Below are positions 1-9,362 of a stretch of DNA of 64,000 nt, one piece after another. The stretch comes from Candidatus Hydrogenedentota bacterium (lineage in GTDB: Bacteria > Hydrogenedentota > Hydrogenedentia > Hydrogenedentales > JAEUWI01), in NCBI GenBank assembly GCA_034669905.1, contig JAXMOL010000004.1, forward strand, positions 96,001-160,000, written 5' to 3'. Position numbers and translations under genes: made by a program. The stretch's first letter is position 1. Each line of letters begins with the position of its first letter. The notes beneath the pieces are model-generated. The model searched no databases and was not told the origin of the DNA. It worked only from the letters and a program-made list of their open reading frames with translations.

Positions 1-653
1 AGTCCATCGCCGATGAGGGCATCGTATTTGTCCGTCACCCCTTTGGTCATATCGGAGCGAATGACGCCCGGTTGAATCTCAAACACATTGATGCCATGGT
101 CGGCAAGTCGAATGGTAAAGAGCTGACTGGCCATCGTGCCACCCATCTTGCTGATGCAGTACTCCGCCCGGTTCACGCTCGCGGCCGTGGCCGAGATACT
201 GGTTATAAAGATGATCGTCGGGGTGATGGCCCCGTCTGTCCGTGGATTCGCCACCAGGTGATTGGCCACGCATTGGGTGAGAAAAAAAGTACCCCGGAGA
301 TTGATGCCCATGACCCGGTCGTAGCTCTCTGGCGTCGTCTCCAGAATGTCGAAACGTTGGGCCAGGGAAACACCGGCATTATTCACGAGGACATCCACCT
401 GACCGAAGGCATCCAGCGTTTCCTGGAGGATGCGCGGGTGGTCTTCGAGACAGGCCACGTCGCCACGAATGGGGCAAAGTTCTTGCCCCAGGGCCTCTAC
501 GGCGGCTTTCACCTCATAAAGCCCAGACTTCGTATCCTCCGGGTCGGGATTCGTGGCCACACCGGCAATATCGTAGCCCTGGGCAGCCAGACTCAGGGCG
601 ATACCCCGGCCAATGCCCCGACTGGCCCCCGTAATCAATGCGACTTTTTTCAT
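1..653 (-). CDS. SDR family oxidoreductase (FabG/3-ketoacyl-ACP reductase-like), runs off the left edge
   Basis: Not in the ORF track because it is truncated. Hand translation from ATG at 653 gives MKKVALITGASRGIGRGIALSLAAQGYDI, the TGxxxGIG Rossmann motif. Confidence 0.9.
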   Translation of the reverse strand, partial: MKKVALITGASRGIGRGIALSLAAQGYDIAGVATNPDPEDTKSGLYEVKAAVEALGQELCPIRGDVACLEDHPRILQETLDAFGQVDVLVNNAGVSLAQRFDILETTPESYDRVMGINLRGTFFLTQCVANHLVANPRTDGAITPTIIFITSISATAASVNRAEYCISKMGGTMASQLFTIRLADHGINVFEIQPGVIRSDMTKGVTDKYDALIGDG

Positions 654-709
654 GGCGTGTTCTCAGTTCTTTCTCATCTCGATAGAAGGCAGACGATTGG
701 AAGACGAAC

Positions 710-1855
710 CTACAGTTCCGGTACGTCGAGCCAACGGCGCTCTTCCCAGCTCTGGATACCAAGTTCGGCCAATTGTACACCCTTGGCCCCTTCACGGAGT
801 TTCCAGGGGAATTCCTCATCGAGTACCACGTGGCGAAGAAACTTCTCCCACTGCACCTTGAAGGCGTTGTCGTGAAGGACATTCGTGGGCACTTCGGTCC
901 ACCCGGCATTGAAATCGATGGGGCTCGCGATATCGGGATTCCAGACGGGCTTGGGCGTATTGGCAGCATGTTGGGTGACACATTCGCGCAATCCGGCCAC
1001 CGCAGAGCCCTTGGTGCCATCGACTTGAAGGGTGACCAGGTCATCACGGCGCACCCGAACGCACCAGGAGGAATTAAAGTGGCAGACCACGTTCTGATCG
1101 GTCACAAAGGTGGCATAGGCCGCGTCATCGGCGGTGCAGGTATAGGTCTTGCCCTGCTCATCCACACGGGTGGGGATGTGGGTGGCGCCCAGGCAGGAGA
1201 CCGAGGTGACGTTACCAAAGAGGTTGTCGATAAGATAGCGCCAATGGCAGAGCATGTCGGAGATAATTCCGCCACCGTCTTCTTTGCGGTAGTTCCACGA
1301 GGGGCGCTGGGCAGGTTGATCTTCACCGGTAAAGACCCAGTATCCAAACTCACCGCGCACCGACAGAATCTCTCCGAAGAAGCCGGTATCGATCAGGTGT
1401 TTCAGCTTGAGAAAACCGGGCAGCCAGAGTTTGTCCTGCACCACACCATGTTTGATGCCTGCGGCCTCGGCGAGGGTATGAAGCTCCAGCGCCTGCGCTG
1501 TCGTCTCGGCGGACGGCTTCTCGCAATAGATGTGCTTGCCCGCGGCAATGGCCGCCTTTACATCGGGAAAACGACGTTGCGTCACCTGGGCGTCGAAATA
1601 GATGGGGTAGTTGTCATCTTGCAGCAACGAGGCCAGATCGGTGGAATAGGGCAGGCCGCCGTGGGCATTGGAGAGGGCCTGCAGTTTGTTTTCATTCCGA
1701 CCCACGAGGATGGGCTCGGGAAAGATGACCACATCGTCGTTGACCCGGATGCCGCCTTCCGAGCGAATCGCGGCGATGGAGCGGGCAAGGTGTTGGTTGG
1801 TGCCCATGCGCCCCGTGACGCCGTTCATGATGATACCGATTTTTCGTACATCCAT
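710..1855 (-). CDS. Gfo/Idh/MocA family NAD(P)-dependent oxidoreductase
   Basis: N-terminal GVTGRMG nucleotide-binding loop, AGKHIYCEKP motif, GGGIISDMLCH motif. Confidence 0.9.
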   Translation of the reverse strand: MDVRKIGIIMNGVTGRMGTNQHLARSIAAIRSEGGIRVNDDVVIFPEPILVGRNENKLQALSNAHGGLPYSTDLASLLQDDNYPIYFDAQVTQRRFPDVKAAIAAGKHIYCEKPSAETTAQALELHTLAEAAGIKHGVVQDKLWLPGFLKLKHLIDTGFFGEILSVRGEFGYWVFTGEDQPAQRPSWNYRKEDGGGIISDMLCHWRYLIDNLFGNVTSVSCLGATHIPTRVDEQGKTYTCTADDAAYATFVTDQNVVCHFNSSWCVRVRRDDLVTLQVDGTKGSAVAGLRECVTQHAANTPKPVWNPDIASPIDFNAGWTEVPTNVLHDNAFKVQWEKFLRHVVLDEEFPWKLREGAKGVQLAELGIQSWEERRWLDVPEL

Positions 1856-1912
1856 GGTGTTTTTCCTTTATTCCGGTGGTGACGGGACGCGCCCTGCCAC
1901 GTTCAATCGCGC

Positions 1913-3298
1913 TCAGGACGTGGCAGTTGCCGGTCCGAAAAAGGTCAGGTAGGTGTCCTTGTCAATCAGCCGTTTCAAATACACGGCCAATTCCATCATG
2001 TGGTAGTCACCCCACATAGAGGATTCTCCACAGGGTACCGATTGCCCCTCGGGAATGAAATCCCAGCCATTGGGGCGATGATAGACCGAATGGAGGAGCA
2101 GGCCCTGGTGCTTCGGATCTTCCGAGACATAGGGCGTATCCAGCAGTGTCTTGGTAACCGCCAGGCCCGCCTGGAAATAGCGCTCTCCCAACGCGGTATC
2201 GGTCCCGAAGTGCATGCCCAAGCGCAGAAGGCCCTGGGCCGAAATTGCGGCGGCGGAGCTATCCACCGGCTCGTGGGCATTAAAGGGATCAGAGATATTC
2301 GCTGCGTAATCGGGCAGGTTTACCAGGCCCGGCGCGCCCGTATCCCAGAAGGGAATACCGTCGAAGCTGGTGTGCTCGATATAGAATTCCGCCGTCGCTT
2401 GCGCCATTTCAATCAACAGGGAACGCAGCGCTTCTTTGCCACCAACCACATCGCAATCGCTCTCACTGAGTTCGTCGATGAATTCCAGCTCTTCCGCTGC
2501 GCCGAGCAGTACCCACGCCAGACCCCGGGTCCACGTCGAGAAGGCCGAGTAGCCCTGTTGTGTGCTGGGACAGCGGTACTGGCCGTCAGTCATGTTAAAG
2601 ATACTCTCGTGTACTACCCGCCCGGGAATATCATAGATATCCCGGCCCTTGCCGTAGTAGACATTGTAGCGGTGCGTATTCTGAATGTGCTCCAGCGCCC
2701 GCTGGGCCAGGGAAATCTTCTGGTCACCTTCCCCCATCAGGACGTGACCCAACTGATGGGCCTTCATGAGGATACGGCAAGAGCGTATGGTGTCACTGAA
2801 GAGGGAGTGGGGGCCGTTGAAGCTGTGGATGTACCCCGTGCCATCGGCGATGCGGGACCAACGGGCCGCCTGTACGGCACCGGACGTCTTGATGGCCAAC
2901 TCGTAGAAGGCCTTCACCTCTTCCTGCATGTCGATTCGGCCTTCATTGGCCAGTCGCAGCACGTTACCGTAGGTAGAAAGGTTATTGAAGCCGTGGTCGT
3001 GCACGCCGATGTGGCTGATGTGGGGAGCCATGTGGTCGTGAATGCGGAGTTTCGCGAGGTCAAGAAAGCGACTGTCCCCGGTTGCATCAAACTGCAAAAC
3101 CAGACAACCGTATTGGAAGCCCTGCGTCCACTCGGTCCAACCACGGCTGGTGTAGGTGCCGGCTTCTGTAAAGACTGGCGATCCCTGCGTGGGTACCCAC
3201 GCCTCATCCAGCGCGATCATTGTCGCGCCGGCCATCTCGAAGAAGTCTTGCAGGGGGACTGACAAATCCTGCATGTTCAGCGTGTTCGTGATATCCAT
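1913..3298 (-). CDS. Glycoside hydrolase family 88-like (unsaturated glucuronyl hydrolase fold)
   Basis: WTQGF, HDHGF, QQGYSAFSTWTRGLAW, DSSAAAI and WGDY motifs typical of GH88; no signal peptide. Confidence 0.8.
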   Translation of the reverse strand: MDITNTLNMQDLSVPLQDFFEMAGATMIALDEAWVPTQGSPVFTEAGTYTSRGWTEWTQGFQYGCLVLQFDATGDSRFLDLAKLRIHDHMAPHISHIGVHDHGFNNLSTYGNVLRLANEGRIDMQEEVKAFYELAIKTSGAVQAARWSRIADGTGYIHSFNGPHSLFSDTIRSCRILMKAHQLGHVLMGEGDQKISLAQRALEHIQNTHRYNVYYGKGRDIYDIPGRVVHESIFNMTDGQYRCPSTQQGYSAFSTWTRGLAWVLLGAAEELEFIDELSESDCDVVGGKEALRSLLIEMAQATAEFYIEHTSFDGIPFWDTGAPGLVNLPDYAANISDPFNAHEPVDSSAAAISAQGLLRLGMHFGTDTALGERYFQAGLAVTKTLLDTPYVSEDPKHQGLLLHSVYHRPNGWDFIPEGQSVPCGESSMWGDYHMMELAVYLKRLIDKDTYLTFFGPATATS

Positions 3299-3552
3299 GT
3301 GTTAACCTCAATCGGGTTTGATACGGTCATCCGGTCACCCGTCCACATCCGTGCGTTCCGCAGCCCGGGCGACCACTTGGCTGCCAGTATCCCACACCGG
3401 AGACCCTGTCCGCTTGGTAAATTGGGAGAACTGGGTGGTATATTGGGCAATTCCGCAAACCATCGACCAGTAAAAACTCCTGAAGTGTCCTAAAGATACG
3501 GTAGAAGCATGGTCACCGATGATGGGCGATTCAGGCAATTTGGAATATTACA

Positions 3553-4443
3553 ATGACCGATTCGGTACAAAAGCCCGTGTCCCTTCAGCTCCCGGATTAC
3601 GGAGTCTGGGTCGCGGAGAGTGTTCACGGACCTACCTTTCGGATGGGACCGGAACGCCATGACTTTCACCAAATCTATGTGGTCCAACGGGGCGAAGTCT
3701 TGTTGCGAGACGAACGGCTCTCCGCCCCTGTCCTGGTCTCGGCCGGTTCACTATGGGCGATTCCAAAAGGCATTGCCCATCAAATGGAAGATACGGCAGA
3801 ATCCATTCTGCTGCTGGCCTGTCTCAGTGAAGAGCTGCTCCTCCAATCCGAGGCACGTTCCGCCCTCTGGGAAGCCTTGACCACCGGGCGCAGGTATCCC
3901 ATTCGACCGGATACCATCCTCTTTTCCCAGATTCTGAACACCATGAACCAGATTCTGGCGGAACAATGGCAGGAGCAGCCCGGCCATAGCCTCCTCGTTG
4001 GCGCGGAGTTGGATCGGCTCCTGGTTCGATTGGCCCGCATGCATAATGTGCCGGCGGGCAACTCGGCCCCTGACCGCGTCGCCCGGGTCATTGCGCTCCT
4101 GGATACCCAGTTCTACGAAGTCTGGGATATCGACCGGGCGTCGGCACTTGCTCATCTATCACGGCGTCGATTTACGACGGTCTTTCGTGAACTCACGGGC
4201 ACCACCTTCAATGACTACCTGACCCGGGTCCGACTGGGCCATGCCAAGGCCCTGCTGCGGGGGGGACAGCACTCGATTCCGGGTGCCGCGTTCGCCTCGG
4301 GTATGGCCGACATCTCCCATTTTTACCGCCTCTTCAAGAAGGAAAACGGCTGCACACCCGGCACCTGGATCCAGCGGACGGAATCGGGTGAAATGGCCGA
4401 CGGGTGTGAATTTCCAAACGAGACGCAAAGCGTTATAGAATAG
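3553..4443 (+). CDS. AraC family transcriptional regulator
   Basis: Cupin-like N-terminus (HDFHQIY); C-terminal double HTH (FRELTGTTFNDYL...SGMADISHFYRLFKKENGCTP). Confidence 0.9.
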   Translation: MTDSVQKPVSLQLPDYGVWVAESVHGPTFRMGPERHDFHQIYVVQRGEVLLRDERLSAPVLVSAGSLWAIPKGIAHQMEDTAESILLLACLSEELLLQSEARSALWEALTTGRRYPIRPDTILFSQILNTMNQILAEQWQEQPGHSLLVGAELDRLLVRLARMHNVPAGNSAPDRVARVIALLDTQFYEVWDIDRASALAHLSRRRFTTVFRELTGTTFNDYLTRVRLGHAKALLRGGQHSIPGAAFASGMADISHFYRLFKKENGCTPGTWIQRTESGEMADGCEFPNETQSVIE

Positions 4444-4505
4444 CGGGGGCCAATGGCCCGCACAGTGTGCGCAGTTTTCGAAGTTTTGCACCGGAGGATT
4501 CCCTA

Positions 4506-6245
4506 ATGTGGACGTCTATTGTGTTGGTTACCCTGGCCATGCTGACAAGCGCACCGGCCGACGAGGCTGATTTTTACGTTGCCACCGATGGCGCCGACAC
4601 CAACGAAGGGACGGTGAAGGCACCCTTCGCCACCCTGACCGCCGCGCAACAGGCCGTTCGTGCACGCATCGCCGCGGGCTTGAAAGAGGATGTCACGGTG
4701 TTTCTTCGCGGGGGCACCTATCGCCTCAGTGCTCCCTTCCACCTGACGGGGCCCGATTCGGGCACCGCCGACCATGCCATTACCTATGCCGCCTATCCCG
4801 GGGAGGAGGTTCTGCTCTCAGGCGGGCGCCCCATCACGGGGTGGACGGCGGGCGAGAACAACCGCTGGACGGTCACCTTGCCCGAGGTTGCGGCGGGGTC
4901 ATGGCGTTTCCGACAGCTTTTCGTCGATGGCCAGCGCTTGCCCCGGGGCCGTTTTCCCAATGCCCCCGGCCTCATGCGGGTGGCCGGTGTTTCTGAAGAT
5001 CTGACAGGCATTGTATTGGATGGCTCACCGGGTATCGACAACCTCGCGGGGATGAATGCAGAACTCGTGATGTTCCAGAATTGGTCCATTTCCCGCGCCC
5101 GTATCAGTTCCTCCAGTGATCGTACGCTGGCCTTGGAATATCCCATGGGCTGGGTGGGGCACGGCCCCATGACCAGCGCGAGTACGGGAAAACCGACCTA
5201 CGTTGAAAACGCCCTCGCTCTGGTGGACGTGCCCGGGGAGTGGTACCTGGACGAGACCAGCGGCGTACTGACCTATCAGGCAGCGGAAGGAGAAGATCCC
5301 AACAGCCGCTCTTTCGTGGCCCCGGTGCTGGACTCCCTGGTTGCTGTGGAAGGAACCGCCGAGAAACCCGTCTACAACATCCATTTTCACGGGCTCGATT
5401 TTTCCCATACACGGTGGGAACTGCCCGCCTTTGGTTACATGGGCATCCAGGCAGGTCACTACGGCACGACGACCAAGGACCCGACCTTTGTCTTGCCCCT
5501 CGCGTTGTCTTTCATCTACGCGGAGCACTGCAGTGTTTCACACTCACGAATTGGCCACCTTGGTGCCTGTGGCATTGGTTTTGGTGCGGGCGCGCGCAGT
5601 AATCGGGTAGAGGCCTGCACCCTGGAGGATATCGGTGCCAACGGGATCATGGTGGGCTGGCGGGGACGGGGCGAGATGTCTCCTGCTACGGAAGATGAAG
5701 ACAGCTTCCTTTCCGCCGACTGGCGTCAACCCGTCGATGTGCCCCTGGCCAACGTGATAACCCGCAACCTGCTCCAGCGATGTGGCGCCGTCAACCATGG
5801 GGCCGTGGCGATCTTCGATGCCTTCGCCCAGGGCACCAGGATTACACAGAACGTCCTACATGATTTGCCCTACTCCGGCATCTCCATCGGTTTCCGTTGG
5901 AACGAATCCAAGACAAGTCAGCAGAATACGCTGGTTGCGGAGAACCACGTTTATGACACCATGAAGATGTTGGCCGATGGCGGCTGTCTCTACACCCTGG
6001 GCTTCCAGCCGGGGACGGTCATCCGCGACAACCTGTTTCATGATGTGCATCGCAGTGACTTTGCCCACGGTGGGGCACCCAATAACGGTATCTTCTTCGA
6101 CCAGGGGAGCAAGGGATATCGGGTAGAGAACAATACCATCTACAACACGTCGGGCGAACCCCTTCGCTTTAACCAGACCAATGACGAAAACATGACGTGG
6201 AAGAACAACCGCCTGGGGGTGGGCGCGGATTCCGTTATCAAGTAG
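4506..6245 (+). CDS. Secreted right-handed parallel beta-helix protein (GH141/pectin-lyase-like)
   Basis: Signal-peptide-like N-terminus, FYVATDGAD..GT..APFAT, LRGGTY, QLFVDG, PGEWYLD and many beta-helix repeats; GGAGG RBS before ATG 4506. Confidence 0.8.
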   Translation: MWTSIVLVTLAMLTSAPADEADFYVATDGADTNEGTVKAPFATLTAAQQAVRARIAAGLKEDVTVFLRGGTYRLSAPFHLTGPDSGTADHAITYAAYPGEEVLLSGGRPITGWTAGENNRWTVTLPEVAAGSWRFRQLFVDGQRLPRGRFPNAPGLMRVAGVSEDLTGIVLDGSPGIDNLAGMNAELVMFQNWSISRARISSSSDRTLALEYPMGWVGHGPMTSASTGKPTYVENALALVDVPGEWYLDETSGVLTYQAAEGEDPNSRSFVAPVLDSLVAVEGTAEKPVYNIHFHGLDFSHTRWELPAFGYMGIQAGHYGTTTKDPTFVLPLALSFIYAEHCSVSHSRIGHLGACGIGFGAGARSNRVEACTLEDIGANGIMVGWRGRGEMSPATEDEDSFLSADWRQPVDVPLANVITRNLLQRCGAVNHGAVAIFDAFAQGTRITQNVLHDLPYSGISIGFRWNESKTSQQNTLVAENHVYDTMKMLADGGCLYTLGFQPGTVIRDNLFHDVHRSDFAHGGAPNNGIFFDQGSKGYRVENNTIYNTSGEPLRFNQTNDENMTWKNNRLGVGADSVIK

Positions 6246-6266
6246 GGACCGTGATGCGAAGGGGGG

Positions 6267-7640
6267 CTACGGGCGCAGGAAGCAGTTCTTTTCCAGAATC
6301 ACCTGGGGCAACCCACCGGGGCAGGTGTGGGTCGCCGCCTGGAAGATGTGCCCCGACGTCATGTGAAAGGGCAGGGCGCAGCAGACGGAGATGCCCGCGG
6401 CCCGGATAGCAATGGTGCCCGATTCACTGTCTTCAAATCCGGCCACATCACGAAATTCTTCGGGATCCAGCCCAAGTCGCCCCAGCGCAAGAGAATAGAG
6501 ATCGCGGTGGGGCTTCAAGCGCATCTCACAGGAATCGGACGCGGTGATAATCGCATCGTAATAGGTGGCCGGCGACTGAAATCGGCCTTCCACGCGCGCC
6601 GCGGTATCACCGGACAAGCCCCATGCGGAAACTCCCTCGCGAAGCTGTCGAAAAACTTCTCCCAACACGACATCAGCCTCATAGGAAATCGATGATGTTA
6701 CGAGAGCAACCTTCGCCGGCTGGGCGGCAAAGTGGCGCCCAAGTCTCGCCAACATTTCCCTGCCATGCTCCGCTTCCGGCACGGCCTGACCGTGCGAGGC
6801 CAAATGCTGGGAAAGGACGTCGTAGCACTGTGGCGCTTCGTCGCCCAGCAATCCCGATACGAGTGCCAGATATACTCCTATGCCCGGCATGGGTTGAATC
6901 AGCAGGCCGTCTGAAGGAGCCCGGACATGGTCCGGAAGGGGTGCGCCCTGGGCCGCCGCAACCGCCGACAAGAGTTCATGGTAGCGCTGATAGTAAATCT
7001 CTACGGCGGCACGGGTAAGACGGGGGAAATCATTCGCGGGGAACGCCTCTCCCATTTCCCGGGCCAAAGCCGCGATTACCCGTTTCTCGGCTTCGCCATC
7101 ATGGCGCGCGGTCTTGGTCAGGGCCTGAAAACGGCTATCCTCCGCGAGCGATGAGATACCCAGAACGGACAGCATACTCTCCAAATCCTGCACGCGGGAC
7201 GCATCCTGTGAAAAACCGAGCGTCCAGGCAGCGGCATGGACCAGTGCCTCCATGAAACACGTGGGTACAATGGTATCTGCGTAGGTCTGAAGCAAATACT
7301 CCACGTGACGCGTACTGCTGTTTCCGATGATGTGGGGGTAGTCCTGTTCCGGATCAAGCCCGGTCCAGGCCGTGTCATCCATACGTCCACTGATCCGCCC
7401 CACCATGGTTTCCAAGGCGTTGATACACAGGGGCTCTGTCGTGGTGGTGGTGCCATCCATATCCATGACCGCAGCCTTCAGGCCGTTCTCGACATGGCTC
7501 CGCCCCGGCGCCAGGGCGTAGATGTCGTAGGGCGGAAAAACATGGGAAAGATTTCGGACCACGGCGAAGTCTTCGCCCAATTCGCTCATCAGACGGGTCG
7601 CCGTCATCGCATCCGTAAATTTAGGGAGGGCAGGGGACAT
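6267..7640 (-). CDS. HAD-superfamily hydrolase (beta-phosphoglucomutase-like) with large insertions
   Basis: Motif I DMDGT, motif II LVTSS, motif III KPHRDLY, motif IV GFEDSESG. Start moved to MSPALP (7640). Confidence 0.75.
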   Translation of the reverse strand: MSPALPKFTDAMTATRLMSELGEDFAVVRNLSHVFPPYDIYALAPGRSHVENGLKAAVMDMDGTTTTTEPLCINALETMVGRISGRMDDTAWTGLDPEQDYPHIIGNSSTRHVEYLLQTYADTIVPTCFMEALVHAAAWTLGFSQDASRVQDLESMLSVLGISSLAEDSRFQALTKTARHDGEAEKRVIAALAREMGEAFPANDFPRLTRAAVEIYYQRYHELLSAVAAAQGAPLPDHVRAPSDGLLIQPMPGIGVYLALVSGLLGDEAPQCYDVLSQHLASHGQAVPEAEHGREMLARLGRHFAAQPAKVALVTSSISYEADVVLGEVFRQLREGVSAWGLSGDTAARVEGRFQSPATYYDAIITASDSCEMRLKPHRDLYSLALGRLGLDPEEFRDVAGFEDSESGTIAIRAAGISVCCALPFHMTSGHIFQAATHTCPGGLPQVILEKNCFLRP

Positions 7641-7748
7641 TTCAGACTTTCCGGGATAAAACGGTATAGTGGAGTGTCGGCACAAGGAGCCGGGATCATA
7701 GCCGGGGGGCCGAGCGTGGTGCAACTCAACGTATGGGAAGGGATGCGG

Positions 7749-9362
7749 ATGGGTGAGTCTTTCTATTCGACACCGAAGCAATCACAGTCAGCCTGGTATC
7801 CTGAAAACGCTTCGGATACGCAGCAACTTTTCTACGAGAGCATCGCGCAGTTCGCGGAAACCGAGCTGGCGGTGGCAGAGCCTGGCCTTGTCCAGAGAGA
7901 TTATGCCCTGGCGCGACAGTGCTTTCGTCAGTGTGCCGAACTCGGGGTATTCGCCGCCGAGCTGGAGGAGGCGGATGGCGGACTGGGCTTCGGTACGGTC
8001 GATGCCACCCTGATGTGCGAGGCCCTGGGCAGGGGACACAGCCTGAACGTCGGGTTCATGGTCCATCAGGGCGTCGGGATGTTACCCGTGGCGTGTTTCG
8101 GGAGTGAGGCACAGCGGGCTCACTACCTACCTCCGGCCGCAGCGGGGGAGTGCATCATGGCCTTTGCCCTTACCGAAGCCCATTGCGGCTCCGATGCCCT
8201 GGCGCTCAGCACGACGGCTATCCCGGACGGTGACGGGTTCGTCTTGAACGGGGCCAAACAGTTCATCACCAACGGGTCCTATGCCGGGTGCTTTATTACC
8301 TTCGCGCGTATCCCGGATAGTGGAATAACGGCCTTTCTCGTCGACCGCGACACCCCCGGACTACGTATCGGGGCGGAAGAGGAAAAACTGGGACAACATG
8401 CCTCGTCGACCTGTAGTGTCTACTATGAAAACGTCCCTGTTGCGCCATCACAGGTCCTGGGGAGCCCAGGGCAGGGACACAAAATAGCCCTCAACATGTT
8501 GAATCTGGGCCGTCTTAAACTCGCGGCTGCCTGTGTGGGCAAGATGAAAGCACTGCTTCCCCTTGCCCTGGCCTATACCCGTGAGCGGGAGGCCTTTGGC
8601 CTCTCCATCATCGACTTCGGCATGGTACGTGATCGCATCTCCCGAATGGCTTCCCTATGCTTCGCCGTTGAGTCCGCCGTCTATCGCGTGGCGACCACCA
8701 TGGAAGGGGCCTTGACGAAAGCACGGGCAGAACTCGGAAGTCTTACGGGGGCGAAACGACTTGCCGTATTACAGGACTTCGCCTTTGAATGCGCGTTACT
8801 GAAGTCCCTGGCCACCGAGTCCCTGGGCACCTTTACGGACGACATGCTTCAACTGTATGGCGGCTATGGTTTCAGCGAGGAATACCCGGCCGCGAAGGCG
8901 TTCCGGGATGCCCGGGTCACCCGCCTTTACGAGGGCACCACGGAAATCTGTCGTCTCACTATGATGCAACGTTTGCTGACCGCGGCGGAATCCGAGCAAG
9001 ACGGTGACGGGGAGGAGGCATCAGACATCCAGGGACAGAAAAGGCTCGTCAGGAAGATGCTAACAAAGATTGGTCAGGGCAATGGCCCCGAGCAGCCCGT
9101 CACCGGCCCCTTGATGGCGATTTGTGAACGCATCTACGCGGCGGAAAGTGTGCTGCTGCGAAAGGAGCATACCCACGCAGCGACTGCGTACTACGTGGCA
9201 TCGGTTGTTTCCGAGAACCTGGCGGATTTCCATCGCGTCGCAGGGCACCTGGGGATGTCCGATTGGACCGAGACACTCAATGAGGCGCTCTTCCCCGGCA
9301 CAGATACGACGGCACTCCGTGACCTGCTTATTGCAGCACTCAAAGACGGCACCGCCCTATAG
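7749..9362 (+). CDS. Acyl-CoA dehydrogenase family protein
   Basis: FALTEAHCGSD, LNGAKQFITNG, EEKLG, QLYGGYGFSEEYP and catalytic LYEGTTEI. The ORF-track extension from 7236 overlaps the HAD gene and is unlikely. Confidence 0.9.
   Translation: MGESFYSTPKQSQSAWYPENASDTQQLFYESIAQFAETELAVAEPGLVQRDYALARQCFRQCAELGVFAAELEEADGGLGFGTVDATLMCEALGRGHSLNVGFMVHQGVGMLPVACFGSEAQRAHYLPPAAAGECIMAFALTEAHCGSDALALSTTAIPDGDGFVLNGAKQFITNGSYAGCFITFARIPDSGITAFLVDRDTPGLRIGAEEEKLGQHASSTCSVYYENVPVAPSQVLGSPGQGHKIALNMLNLGRLKLAAACVGKMKALLPLALAYTREREAFGLSIIDFGMVRDRISRMASLCFAVESAVYRVATTMEGALTKARAELGSLTGAKRLAVLQDFAFECALLKSLATESLGTFTDDMLQLYGGYGFSEEYPAAKAFRDARVTRLYEGTTEICRLTMMQRLLTAAESEQDGDGEEASDIQGQKRLVRKMLTKIGQGNGPEQPVTGPLMAICERIYAAESVLLRKEHTHAATAYYVASVVSENLADFHRVAGHLGMSDWTETLNEALFPGTDTTALRDLLIAALKDGTAL

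Noticed and set aside
7236..7748. Long N-terminal extension of the acyl-CoA dehydrogenase
   Set aside because: It overlaps the HAD gene on the opposite strand and has no domain-like sequence; the real start is near 7749.
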